The notes under the pieces are model-generated. The model did not search any database. It had not been told where the DNA came from and saw only the letters and a list, made by a program, of their open reading frames with translations. Below, one piece after another: positions 1 to 12,425 of a stretch of 64,000 nucleotides of DNA. Numbering within the stretch: the stretch's first letter is position 1; each line of letters opens with the position of its first letter. The translations under genes were made by a program, and so were the position numbers. Location: positions 1,550,001-1,614,000 of the forward strand of contig NW_027361792.1 in assembly GCF_039654945.1 (NCBI RefSeq), read 5' to 3'. Source of the stretch: Dendrobates tinctorius. Taxonomy: Eukaryota.

Positions 1-82
1 ATAATACTGCCATATACATCTCATCATATAGTACCAATATAATACTGCCATACACATCCCATCATATAGTACCAATATAATA
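1..82. repeat. End of a 38-bp tandem repeat at the window edge
   Basis: ATAATACTGCCATAYACATCYCATCATATAGTACCAAT twice. Confidence 0.7.
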
Positions 83-186
83 CATTTTCTAAAAATGCCA
101 CCATATAATTCCCATAAATACTACCGCTGAATAAATCCTCTCTGTCTTTAGCTGTTGCTTTGTGTTTGGTCACATTGTGCCCTTAC

Positions 187-354
187 TTGGCTCGGTAATG
201 TTTTCCGATCCGGACCAGGAGGTCGTCAGAGGTGAAGTTTTTATCCCACGGAGGATAGAAGATGCAATGAGCGGCGGTCAGCACCCAGCGGTCACTGATC
301 AGACTGGCCCCGCACAGGAGCTCCTGGGGGCTCTTCTTGAACAGCATCACCTGC
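187..354 (-). CDS. F2: Prothrombin exon 10 (catalytic His, 60-loop)
   Basis: [40 protein letters not shown]; 168 bp. Confidence 0.97.
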
Positions 355-804
355 CTGGGAGCAGAAATAAGCAAGACAGAAGGTGGAGGATGAGGGAAAC
401 CATCAGCAAGTTGAAACAACACTGAAGCTCCACCAACAACTCCTTTCACGCTGTTGTAACTTGTTTTCATACTATCTGGAAACAATCAGCAGTGGTTGCC
501 TTGACATCTGTCAGTAAACAGGATAACCATTTTTTATCTGGTACATCCCCCCTCCACTTTCGTTCCGGTGGTCTCTTGATGTGCCGTACAACGAGAACGC
601 CTGTCTCTGTAATTTAACCCTTTAGGTACCACACTCAATAACAACTGCGGCATCTAAGCGGTTAGACAAGAATAGCAGATTGTTACCTACTTGTTGATGG
701 TTTCCTCTTAAAAAAAGAAACACGCTTACTATGGAGGAGCTTTATTATAAACTAAGAGTGAAGATGGGAGGCAGAGAGGCGCGGTGCGGCTCCCGCGGAG
801 TTAC

Positions 805-931
805 CATGGGGAGCTGCCTGGCTCGGCTTCCTCTCCCTTCACGATCCGGCCCTGGATGTAGGATGCCAGCAGCTCCGCTTCGCTCTTATCAGCGATTTTC
901 TTCTGTTCAAAGAGCGGCCTCAATCCACAAA
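805..931 (-). CDS. F2: Prothrombin exon 9 (second factor Xa site IQGR|IVKG)
   Basis: [42 protein letters not shown]; 127 bp. Confidence 0.97.
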
Positions 932-1373
932 CTGCGGGAAATAGAACGCGACGATGATCGGTGAAAATTCCGGCCCCCAAGCCATCCCCCCCCCAAAAAA
1001 AAAGCCGCATCCCCTATAGGCCCCTTCCCCATAGAAGGTCCGCGTCCAACAGGTGGGCAGAAGCAGGACGACGCGCGGCACGGGCTGCGCTGCTCTCCGT
1101 GGGGTCTGGCGTATGCTCGGACAGGCTTTCTCTAGTCTCTTCCTGCTGATGGCGCTCTGGGTGAAGTGGACTGCCAGGGTGTACTTATTTACAGAGAGAC
1201 CATTCTAGTAGCCCGGGATCATCTCGAAGATCTTTTTTTATGGGACACCAAAGAATTTATCAAAAGTGAGGAATATGGGTCCCCACTTCTCCGGGCAGGT
1301 GGGAGCCCCTGTGACGGTGGAGGCCCAGCGGTGTCGCCCCCTTGTGGTCGGCCCTATACCGCTCTCTACTCAC

Positions 1374-1478
1374 CGTCTTCTCCTTTGCCAAAGGTCTTCT
1401 CATTAAAAAACGTCTGTTGTTGTGTCGCGTCTGTGCGGCCCGCTTGGACAGTGACGGGCTCTTCATCTAGGGGTCTGT
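1374..1478 (-). CDS. F2: Prothrombin exon 8 (first factor Xa site QAGR|T, start of A chain)
   Basis: DRPLDEEPVTVQAGRTDATQQQTFFNEKTFGKGED; gtgagt donor. Confidence 0.9.
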
Positions 1479-1952
1479 CTGCCAGCGACAGGGGTCAGCC
1501 GGCAACACGGGCAAAGTCCAAGATGGCGGAGACGGATCCACGAGGCACAAGAAAAAAAGAAGCAACTAAGTGAGAACAAACCCAATAAGCCCAAATAATA
1601 TCAACCCTCCTCCTCCTCCCCGGACACATTCTGGGGCCTCGAGTTAAAAAAAAAAAAAAAAAAAATAATAATTTTTTTTTGTACATTTAAATGAACTTTT
1701 TCTGTTAAAAGAAAATTTAAAAAAAAGTAAGAGATTTTTTAAGTTTTTTTTCACTCTTATGCTACAGGTTTCCTTTTAATAATTGCTACAGTTTGGTTAT
1801 GATTTTTTTCTATTGTACATTTTTTACTTTTACTTTATTTCTTTGTATTATTATAATTATATATATATATTTTGTAATGGTTAGAGATTTTTTATATTGA
1901 ATATTTTTAGTTCTTTTATGTTATCATATTATTTGAATTATTTTTTACAAAT

Positions 1953-2217
1953 AAAATACTTATTTCCTTTATTACTGGATTGTGTTCGATCTCTTTAGTC
2001 CCAGACAATTGGGCACGTGACCCCGTCAATCATGTGATTTTTTTTTTCTGACACAAAACATTTGAGAGCATTTTTTATAATTACCATTTATTACTATCAT
2101 TTACGTATTTTTAATATATATTTGTTTTACATTTTTTACTTTTACTTAATTCCCTGCTATTATTATTTGTATATTGCTTTTCTTTTATATTTTTTTTAAA
2201 TCCTATATACATATTCT

Positions 2218-2290
<73 letters not shown>

Positions 2291-2521
2291 CGAGAGAGAT
2301 TTAGATTTTTTGGATATTAATTTTTTTTAATTGCTACAATTTTAGATATTGTATATTTTTAGTTCTTTTTTATTCTTATTTCAATAATTTTTTACTTTTT
2401 TTTTTTTTTTTTTTAGTAAAATACTTATTTCCTTTATTACTGGATTGTGTCCGATCTCTTTGGTCCCAGCCATTTGGGCATGTGACCCCCGTCGATCATG
2501 TGATTGTTTTTCTGACACAAA
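1953..2521. repeat. Local direct duplication (about 105 bp at 1953 and 2418) around a (CA)n(TA)n(GA)n microsatellite at 2218-2299
   Basis: aaaatacttatttcctttattactggattgtg...tctgacacaaa occurs twice. Confidence 0.8.
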
Positions 2522-2927
2522 GCTCCAAATCTTCTGCATAAACATACGCTCGAAGGGTAAAACAATGGCTGCCTTCTGCCTCCACTAGGGGACGCTCACT
2601 GCACGTTGCGCTATTATGGAGCTTTGCAGGGCATACAGTATATACTCAGTGGTGGTTGAATGCAGCTGGACTTGGGATCGTGCACATCTGTGTGAACAGG
2701 AGCCGACGAACTCTAGACTCCAACCCCCGATACAGAGAGGAAAGACCCCCCGACATCGTTTTAGACAGTGGGCCGTGACCCAATGGTCCTGCAGCCGTGC
2801 TGGGACAGTGGGTCGGTGCAGAGGGCAGCTGTGTATGGCTCCATTTACAGAAGGGGCAGTGGGAACTACGAATCATAGTGGACGGGCGATGGCGGCCGGA
2901 GGGAGGACGTGACAGGTGGTGACTTAC

Positions 2928-3230
2928 CACAATAATTGAGGGTGCAATACTCGAAGGTCATGTTGGTGTGAGACACGTAGCACCACACGCCCTCGTCGTC
3001 ATCGTCGGGGTTTCTGCAGTAATTCTCCTTCAGGTCTACGTCTTCCCTGAACTCTTCGCGGCTGTACAACTCCACCAAGGGCGAGTCCCAGCGGAGGCAC
3101 GGAAGTCCTGACACGGTGACCGCCAGGGTGCCCTCATACTCTAAGCCATGGTTCGGCACGCAGGGTGTCAACACTTTCGGATCAGTTTTCGACACTTTCA
3201 CAATTGCCTCCACTGTGAAGCCATTTTTGC
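2928..3230 (-). CDS. F2: Prothrombin exon 7 (linker and kringle 2)
   Basis: CVPNHGLEYEG...[17 protein letters not shown]...CTLNYC; tag acceptor, gtaagt donor. Confidence 0.95.
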
Positions 3231-4069
3231 CTATAGGGACACAAACTGGGAGTAAACGACCCCCAATCTGCTACTGACCGAGCATGCTGGGTGTTGTAGT
3301 ATGATATCATAACAGATGGAAAGCCAAAGGTTGGAGACCACTGGTCAACGAAAACCATGTCCACACCTGGTGGGCAGCACATGGGCTCCGTGCCGGCTCC
3401 ATCGTGGTCTGCACTGACGCCTCCCTCCATTACTCTTCATAGCTAAACAAATTATTCCTCAGCTGCTGCAGAACTTCTTTTCCAAGAGACTTCATTTTAA
3501 TCAGTCATATTATTGAGACCCCCGCGGGATACACAGAGACCCCCTGAATTCACCCAACCTAGATGATGGCCGGAGGGAAGCGATTACTCTATGGTGGCCT
3601 CCTGTTCCTGCAGCTTGTGGTTCCCCTACTCTGAGCATCTCCTGATGATGGGAGTTGTAGTTCTCAGACAGCAGGAGCCGCAGACTCTGACGTAAGAGTC
3701 TACAATAAGATTGCGGATCGCCATCGGTGTAACCTGAATCCTGCACGCGCCATTTATAATCCCGGGGTCTTCGGCAGAGTCAGTGAGCCCCCTCCAGTGA
3801 TCGGAGATAGGGGGTCTGCACCGCCTGTAGTTATGAGCCCGGGGGATACAGAAGCCTGGAGTAAAGGATGACTTTTCAGGCCGTATATTTACGGTGCACA
3901 ATCTGCATCAAAAACTGCCATGAGAAATACTCGGCGACACTCCCTTTCCTCTGCAGATTTTCTCTCGTGGACATTGCTGCTACTGTCTTTGGCAGAAACT
4001 TTTGGAAAAGTTGCTGCTGTGTCTCCGGCTCGGGTGGACGGACCTCGCGGAAATCACGGCCCCACTTAC

Positions 4070-4206
4070 CACATACAGGCACTGAACATTCCTCTCTGGG
4101 CTTCTCGGGGTCCTTGGTGTAGCACCAGGGCCCCAGGCTGTTGTCATCCGGGTTTCGGCAGTAGTTCTCCGTCAGGTTGTAGTGCGGGTGGGTGACCGGG
4201 TTTATC
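4070..4206 (-). CDS. F2: Prothrombin exon 6 (kringle 1, C-terminal half)
   Basis: [45 protein letters not shown]; 137 bp. Confidence 0.95.
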
Positions 4207-4782
4207 CTGGTGAACAGAGAGGGGACAAGCGAACAGTTCGTATTTAGGGGAGCTCTCTTGGCATAAACTTAAGAGGATTTGGCCGAATCTCCCGGACCCT
4301 GCACTGATCGTAACCGCGCTTCGCCGTCAGTACTTTTCCCGCGATGCATGGACTGGCCGGGGGTCTCCTGATCCCAACTTGACAACTTCCTTCATTCCTA
4401 TGAGGCTGCTCAGTTCATGTCAAGAGACCCCCGGCCGGTCTGTAAGGGTTGGATACTTTTGGAGCCCCCTATTTTAATAGATCCAATGTAACTAAAATAA
4501 AGAAATAAGCAACTTTGCATAAAAAAACAACGCCCGTTCTGTGTATACAGCTCCCATGCAAACCTATGCATGTTCATGGCCAGTGACTGCTCTCTTTCTT
4601 CTGCATATATAAGTGACGGGATTGCTGGATCAGATCAGTCTGTCTGCAGTTGGCATCTATGGAGATACATATCTCTGCATAGGAGCTGTATGCACAAAAC
4701 GGTAGGGTTTGTTTTTTTAAATGATGGTATTTATGCACTCGGAGATGAGGCAATGGACAAGTAATGTGAACCCAATACTTAC

Positions 4783-4888
4783 TTCGTCTTATGAGGAAAG
4801 TTACTGGCCCAGTACTGACATTCTCGCCCCGACCTGGTGACGCTGATGTTTCCTAAGTAGTTCTGACCCATTCCATCTGCACAGTCAC
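4783..4888 (-). CDS. F2: Prothrombin exon 5 (kringle 1, N-terminal half)
   Basis: GDCADGMGQNYLGNISVTRSGRECQYWASNFPHKT; 106 bp; GT-AG. Confidence 0.95.
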
Positions 4889-4989
4889 CTGTCAATCAGG
4901 AACAGAGGGAGGTCACACAGCAGCGATCCCTGGGGTACAGATATCTATGTAATGTCTACCATTATCACTATTAGCCAGTTATAACCACG

Positions 4990-7900
4990 TGCAGCGAAGA
5001 CTGCAGAGAAGAGACAGTCTGCAGAGGAGAAATGGCCTGCGAAGAAGAGACAGTCTGCAGAGGAGTAATGGCCTGCGGAGAAGAGACAGTCTGCAAAGGA
5101 AAAATGGCCTGCGGAGAATAGACAGTCTGCAGAGGAGAAATGGCCAGCGGAGAAAAACAGTCTGCAGAAGAGAAATGGCCTGCGGAGAAAAGAAAGACTG
5201 CAGAGGAGAAATGGCCTGCGGAGAAGAGACAGTCTGCAGAAGAGAAATGGCCTGCGGAGAATAGAAAAACTGCAGAGGAGAAATGGCCTGCAGAGAATAG
5301 AAAAACTGCAGAGGAGAAATGGCCTGCGGAGAAAAGAAAGACTGCAGAGGAGAAATGGCCTGCAGAGAAGAGACAGTCTGCAGAGGAGAAATGGCCTGTG
5401 GAGAAGAGACAGTCTGCAGAGGAGAAATGGCCTGCGGAGAAAAGACAGTCTGCAGAGGAGAAATGGCCTGCGGAGAAAAGAAAGACTGCAGAGGAGAAAT
5501 GGCCTGCAGAGAAGAGACAGTCTGCAGAAGAGAAATGGCCTGCGGAGAAGAGACAGTTTGCAGAGGAGAAATGGCCTGCTGAGAAGAGACAAACTGCAGA
5601 GGGGAAATGGCCTGCGGAGAAGAGACAGCCTGCAGAGGAGAAATGGCCTGCGGAGAAGAGACAGACTGCAGAGGAGAAATGGCCTGCGGAGAAGAGACAG
5701 ACTGCAGAGGAGAAATGGCCTGCGGAGAAGAGACAGTCTGAAGAGCATAAATGGCCTGCGGAGAGGAGACAGACTGCAGGGCAGAAAAGGTCTGCGGAGA
5801 AGAGACAGACTGCAGGTCAGAAATCTCCTGCAGAGAAGAGACAGACTGCAGGGGAGAAATGGCCTGCGGAGAAAAGAAAGACTGCAGAGGAGAAATGGCC
5901 TGCGGAGAATAGAAAAACTGCAGAGGAGAAATGGCCTGCGGAGAAAAGAAAGACTGCAGAGGAGAAATGGCCTGCAGAGAAGAGACAGTCTGCAGAGGAG
6001 AAATGGCCTGTGGAGAAGAGACAGTCTGCAGAGGAGAAATGGCCTGCGGAGAAAAGACAGTCTGCAGAGGAGAAATGGCCTGCGGAGAAAAGAAAGACTG
6101 CAGAGGAGAAATGGCCTGCAGAGAAGAGACAGTCTGCAGAAGAGAAATGGCCTGCGGAGAAGAGACAGTTTGCAGAGGAGAAATGGCCTGCTGAGAAGAG
6201 ACAAACTGCAGAGGGGAAATGGCCTGCGGAGAAGAGACAGCCTGCAGAGGAGAAATGGCCTGCGGAGAAGAGACAGACTGCAGAGGAGAAATGGCCTGCG
6301 GAGAAGAGACAGACTGCAGAGGAGAAATGGCCTGCGGAGAAGAGACAGTCTGAAGAGCATAAATGGCCTGCGGAGAGGAGACAGACTGCAGGGCAGAAAA
6401 GGTCTGCGGAGAAGAGACAGACTGCAGGTCAGAAATCTCCTGCAGAGAAGAGACAGACTGCAGGGGAGAAATGGCCTGCGGAGAAAAGAAAGACTGCAGA
6501 GGAGAATTGGCCTGCAGAGAAGAGAAATGGCCTGCGGAGAAGAGACAGTCTGCAGAGGAGAAATGGCCTGCGGAGAAGAGACAGACTGCAGAGGAGAAAT
6601 GGCCTGCGGAGAAGAGACAGTCTGAAGAGGATAAATGGCCTGCGGAGAAGAGACAGTCTGCAGAGGAGAAATGGCCTGCGGAGAAGAGACAAACTGCAGA
6701 GGGGAAATGGCCTGCGGAGAAGAGACAGCCTGCAGAGGAGAAATGGCCTGCGGAAAAGAGACAGACTGCAGAGGAGAAATGGCCTGCGGAGAAAAGACAG
6801 TCTGAAGAGGAGAAATGGCCTGCGGAGAAGAGACAGTCTGCAGAGGAGAAATGACCTGCGGAGAAGAGACAGTCTGAAGAGGAGAAATGGCCTGCGGAGA
6901 AGAGACAGTCTGCAGAGGGGAAATGGCCTGCGGAGAAAACACAGTCTACAGAGGAGAAATGGCTTGCGGAGAAGAGACAGTCTGAAGAGGATAAATGGCC
7001 TGCGGAGAAGAGATAGACTGCAGGCCAGAAAAGGCCTGCGGAGAAGAGACAGACTGCAGGTCAGAAATCTCCTGCAGAGAAGAGACAGACTGCAGGGGAG
7101 AAATGGCCTGCGGAGAAAAGACAGTCTGCAGACGAGAATTAGCCTGTGGAGAAAAGACAGTCTGAAGAGGAGAAATGGCGTGCGGAGAAGAGACAGTCTG
7201 CAGAGGAGAAATGGCCTGCGGAGAAGAAACAGTCTGAAGAGGAGAAATGGCCTGCGGAGAAGAGACAGTCTGAAAAGGATAAATGGCCTGCGGAGAAGAG
7301 ACAGACTGCAGGGCAGAAAAGGCCTGCGGAGAAGAGACAGACTGCAGGTCAGAAATCTCCTGCAGAGAAGAGACAGACTGCAGAGGAGAAATGGCCTGCA
7401 GAGAAAAGAAAGACTGCAGAGAAGAATTGGCCTGCAGAGAAGAGACAGTCTGCAGAAGAGAAATGGCCTGCGGAGAAGAGACAGTTTGCAGAAGAGAAAT
7501 GGCCTGCTGAGAAGAGACAGACTGCAGAGGAGAAATGGCCTGCGGAGAAGAGACAGTCTGAAGAGGATAAATGGCCTGCGGAGAAGAGACAGTCTGCAGA
7601 GGAGAAATGGCCTGCGGAGAAGAGACAAACTGCAGAGGAGAAATGGCCTGCGGAGAAGAGACAGCCTGCAGAGGAGAAATGGCCTGCGGAGAAGAGACAG
7701 ACTGCAGAGGAGAAATGGCCTGCGGAGAAGAGACAGACTGCAGAGGAGAAATGGCCTGCAGAGAAGAGACAGTATGAAGAGGATAAATGGCCTGCGGAGA
7801 AGAGACAGACTGCAGGGCAGAAAAGGTCTGCGGAGAAGAAACAGACTGCAGGTCAGAAATCTCCTGCAGAGAAGAGACAGACTGCAGGGGAGAAATGGCC

Positions 7901-8860
7901 TGCGGAGAAGAGAAATGGCCTGCTGAGAAGAGACAGTCTGCAGAGGAGAAATGGCCTGCGGAGAAGAGACAGACTGCAGAGGATAAATGGCCTGCGGAGA
8001 AGAGACAGTCTGCAGAGGAGAAATGGCCTGCGGAGAAGAGACAAACTGCAGAGGGGAAATGGCCTGCGGAGAAGAGACAGCCTGCAGAGGAGAAATGGCC
8101 TGCGGAAAAGAGACAGACTGCAGAGGAGAAATGGTCTGTGGAGAAGAGACAGTCTGCAGAGGAGAAATGGCCTGCAGAGAAAAGACAGTCTGCAGACGAG
8201 AAATAGCCTGCGGAGAAAAGACAGTCTGAAGAGGAGAAATGGCCTGCGGAGAAGAGACAGTCTGCAGAGGAGAAATGGCCTGTGGAGAAGAGACAGTCTG
8301 AAGAGGAGAAATGGCCTGCGGAGAAGAGACAGTCTGCAGAGGGGAAATGGCCTGCGGAGAAGAGATAGACTGCAGGGCAGAAAAGGCCTGCGGAGAAGAG
8401 ACAGACTGCAGGGCAGAAAAGGCCTGCGGAGAAGAGACAGACTGCAGGTCAGAAATCTCCTGCAGAGAAAAGAAAGACTGCAGAGGAGAATTGGCCTGCG
8501 GAGAAAAGACAGTCTGCAGACGAGAAATAGCCTGTGGAGAAAAGACAGTCTGAAGAGGAGAAATGGCCTGCGGAGAAGAGACAGTCTGCAGAGGAGAAAT
8601 GGCCTGCGGAGAAGAGACAGTCTGAAGAGGATAAATGGCCTGCGGAGAAGAGACAGTCTGCAGAGGGGAAATGGCCTGCGGAGAAAAGACAGTCTACAGA
8701 GGAGAAATGGCTTGCAGAGAAGAGACAGTCTACAGAGGAGAAATGGCCTGTGGAGAAGAGACAGACTGCAGAGGAGAAATGGTGTGCAGAGAACAGACAG
8801 ACTGCAGAGGAAAGACAATCTGTAAAGGAGAGACAATCTGCAGGGGAAAGAAGTCCTGTA
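4990..8860. repeat. 36-bp minisatellite in F2 intron 4
   Basis: Unit CAGAGGAGAAATGGCCTGCGGAGAAGAGACAGTCTG, roughly 105 copies by length. Confidence 0.97.
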
Positions 8861-8873
8861 AAGGGGAAACTGA

Positions 8874-11800
8874 ACAGAGAAGAGAGACGGCCTACCGTAG
8901 AGAGACGGACAGCCTAGAGAAGAGAGACGGCCTAAAGAAGAGAGACGGCCTACAGAAGAGAGACGGCCTACAGAAGAAAGAAGGCCTACAGAAGAAAGAA
9001 GGCCTACAGAAGAGAGACGGCTTACAGAAGAGAGAAGGCCTACAGAAGAGAGAAGCCTTACAGAAGAGAGAAGGCCTACAGAAGAGAGAAGGCGTACAGA
9101 AGAGAGATGGCTTACAGAAGAGAGAAGGCTTACAGAAGAGAGAAGGCCTACAGAAGAGAGAAGACGTACAGAAGAGAGATGGCTTACAGAAGAGAGAAGG
9201 CTTACAGAAGAGAGAAGGCTTACAGAAGAGAGAAGGCCTACAGAAGAGAGACGACTTACAGAAGAGAGAAGGCGTACAGAAGAGAGATGGCTTACAGAAG
9301 AGAGAAGGCTTACAGAAGAGAGAAGGCTTACAGAAGAGAGAAGGCCTACAGAAGAGAGAAGGCGTACAGAAGAGAGATGGCTTACAGAAGAGAGACGGCC
9401 TACAAAAGAGAGATGGCCTACAGAAGAGAGAAGGCCTTCAGAAGAGAGATGGCTTACAGAAGAGAGACGGCCTACAGAAGAGAGATGGCCTACAGAAGAG
9501 AGAAGGCCTACAGAAGAGAGGCTTACAGAAGAGAGAGGGCCTACAGAAGAGAGACGGCTTACAGAAGAGAGAAGGCTTACAGAAGAGAGAAGGCCTACAG
9601 AAGAGAGAAGGCCTACAGAAGAGAGAAGCTTACAGAAGAGAGATGGCCTACAGAAGAAAGAAGGCAGAAGAGAGAAGACAGAAGGCCTACAGAAGAGAGA
9701 AGGCCTACAGAAGAGAGAAGGCTTACAGAAGAGAGACGGCCTACAAAAGAGAGACGGCCTACAAAAGAGAGACGGCCTACAGAAGAGAGATGGCCTACAA
9801 AAGAGAGACGGCCTACAGAAGAGAGAAGGCCTACAGAAGAGAGGCTTACAGAAGAGAGACGGCTTACAGAAGAGAGAAGGTTTACAGAAGAGAGAAGGCC
9901 TACAGAAGAGAGAAGGCCTACAGAAGAGAGACGGCCTACAGAAGAGAGACGGCCTACAGAAGAGAGAAGGCCTACAGAAGAGAGAAGGCTTACAGAAGAG
10001 AGATGGCCTACAGAAGAAAGGAGGCAGAAGAGAGAAGACCTACAGAAGACAGAAGGCCTACAGAAGAGAGAAGGCCTACAGAAGAGAGAAGGCTTACAGA
10101 AGAGAGAAGGCCTATAGAAGAGAGAAGGCCTACAGAAGAGAGACCTACAGAAGACAGAAGGCCTACAGAAGAGAGAAGGCTTACAGAAGAGAGGCGACCT
10201 GCAGAAGAGAGAAGGCCTACAGAAGTACATAAGAGAGACCTACAGAAGACAGAAGGCCTACAGAAGAGAGGCGGCCTACAGAAGAGAGATGGCTTACAGA
10301 AGAGAGGCCTACAGAAGAGAGACGGCATATAGAAGAGAGAAGGCCTACAGAAGAGAGACGGCCTGCAGAAGAGAGAAGGCCTACAGAAGAGAGATGGCCT
10401 GCAGAAGAGAGAAGGCCTACAGAAGAGAGACGGCCTGCAGAAGAGAGAAGGCCTACAGAAGAGAGAAAGCCTGCAGAAGAGAAAAGGCCTACAGAAGAGA
10501 AAAGGCCTACAGAAGAGAGAAGGCCTACAGAAGAGCCAAGGCCTACAGAAGACAGAAGGCCTACAGAAGAGAGAAGGCCTACAGAAGAGCGAAGGCCTAC
10601 GGAAGAGAGATGGCCTGCAGAAGAGAGACGGCCTGCAGAAGAGAGACGGCCTGCAGAAGAGAGGATTACAGAAGAGAGAAGGCCTGCAGAAGAGAGAAGG
10701 CCTACAGAAGAGAGACGGCCTGCAGAAGAGAGACGGCCTACAGAAGAGAGAAGGCCTGCAGAAGAGAGAAGGCCTACAGAAGAGAGATGGCCTGCAGAAG
10801 AGAGAAGGCCTACAGAAGAGAGAAGGCTTACAGAAGAGAGAAGGCTTACAGAAGAGAGAAGGCCTATAGAAGAGAGAAGGCCTACAGAAGTACAGAAGAG
10901 AGACCTACAGAAGACAGAAGGCCTACAGAAGAGAGGCGACCTACAGAAGAGAGACGGCTTACAGAAGAGAGGCCTACAGAAGAGAGACGGCGTATAGAAG
11001 AGAGAAGGCCTACAGAAGAGAGACGGCCTGCAGAAGAGAGACGGCCTACCGAAGAGAGACGGCCTACAGAAGAGAGAAGGCATGCAGAAGAGAGAAGGCC
11101 TACAGAAGACAGAAGGCCTACAGAAGAGAGAAGGCCTACAGAAGAGAGAAGGCCTACAGAAGAGCGAAGGCCTACAGAAGACAGAAGGCCTACAGAAGAG
11201 AGAAGGCCTACAGAAGAGAGAAGGCCTACAGAAGAGCGAAGGCCTACGGAAGAGAGACGGCCTGCAGAAGAGAGACGGCCTGCAGAAGAGAGACGGCCTG
11301 CAGAAGAGAGAAGGCTTACAGAAGAGAGAAGGCCTGCAGAAGAGAGAAGGCCTACAGAAGAGAGACGGCCTGCAGAAGAGAGAAGGCCTACAGAAGAGTG
11401 AAGGCCTGCAGAAGAGAGAAGGCCTACAGAAGAGAGACGGCCTGCAGAAGAGAGAAGGCCTACAGAAGAGAGAAGGCCTACAGAAGAGAGACGGCCTACA
11501 GAAGAGAGAAGGCTTACAGAAGAGAGACGGCCTACAGAAGAGAGAAGGCCTACGGAAGAGAGATGGCCTGCAGAAGAGAGACGGCCTGCAGAAGAGAGAC
11601 GGCCTGCAGAAGAGAGAAGGCTTACAGAAGAGAGAAGGCCTGCAGAAGAGAGAAGGCCTACAGAAGAGAGAAGGCCTGCAGAAGAGAGAAGGCCTACAGA
11701 AGAGAGACGGCCTGCAGAAGAGAGAAGGCCTACAGAAGAGAGAAGGCTTACAGAAGAGAGAAGGCTTACAGAAGAGAGATGGCTTACAGAAGAGAGATGG

Positions 11801-11942
11801 CTTACAGAAGAGAGAAGGCCTACAGAAGAGAGAAGGCCTACAGAAGAGAGAAGGCCTGCAGAAGAGAGAAGGCCTGCAGAAGAGAGAAGGCTTACAGAAG
11901 AGAGACGGCCTACAGAAGAGAGACGGCCTACAGAAGAGACAG
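8874..11942. repeat. 18-bp minisatellite in F2 intron 4
   Basis: Unit CCTACAGAAGAGAGAAGG, roughly 170 copies by length. Confidence 0.97.
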
Positions 11943-12371
11943 CTTGTAGCGAAGTGACAGTCTGGAAAGAGATGCAAATAGAGAGATTCCTTCCTGCATG
12001 AGTGATGTTCTGAATAGAACAAAGTCAAGTGAACAATGCAGCAGCCGTAGGCTGGAGACTGTTGGGCGCCAATAGCTATGGGTTGGGTGCCACAGAGATC
12101 AGCGGGTGGGTGTAAGGAACCTCTCTGCCACCCGCTCTGCACCCTTGTTCAGCTGCAGAGACCCCCGACTGCTGAAGACAGTTAGCGCCTAGCAGAGACC
12201 AGAGTTATTGCTGCGACTAAGCTAGATCCGCCATATGTAATATATCCTCATATGAAGAGAATATAGACATCTGCCATGCGCCCGCCGTGCCCGAGCGCCA
12301 TCGAAGGCGTGGGTGACATAAAATCGCCGTTCGCTGCGTCACCTGGAGAACATGGACGGACAGCTCCTCAC

Positions 12372-12425
12372 CTGACATACACTGGTCCAGGGTTTCCCTC
12401 GCCGGCTTCTTTTCAGGATGACAAG
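12372..12425 (-). CDS. F2: Prothrombin exon 4 (CHPEKKPARETLDQCMS)
   Basis: tag acceptor, gtgagg donor, two-Cys loop after the Gla domain; 54 bp. Confidence 0.9.

Noticed and set aside
6800-8640. CTGAAGA-GGA-GAAA hammerhead-like boxes in some 36-bp units
   Set aside because: No room for stem II and no stems I or III; a chance variant of CTGCAGAGGAGAAA
4945-12142. ORFs of 300-900 aa on both strands (AEEKWPAEKRQ, LQKREG, CRPSLF repeats)
   Set aside because: Translations of 36- and 18-bp tandem repeats, open in several frames at once inside an F2 intron, with no domain content
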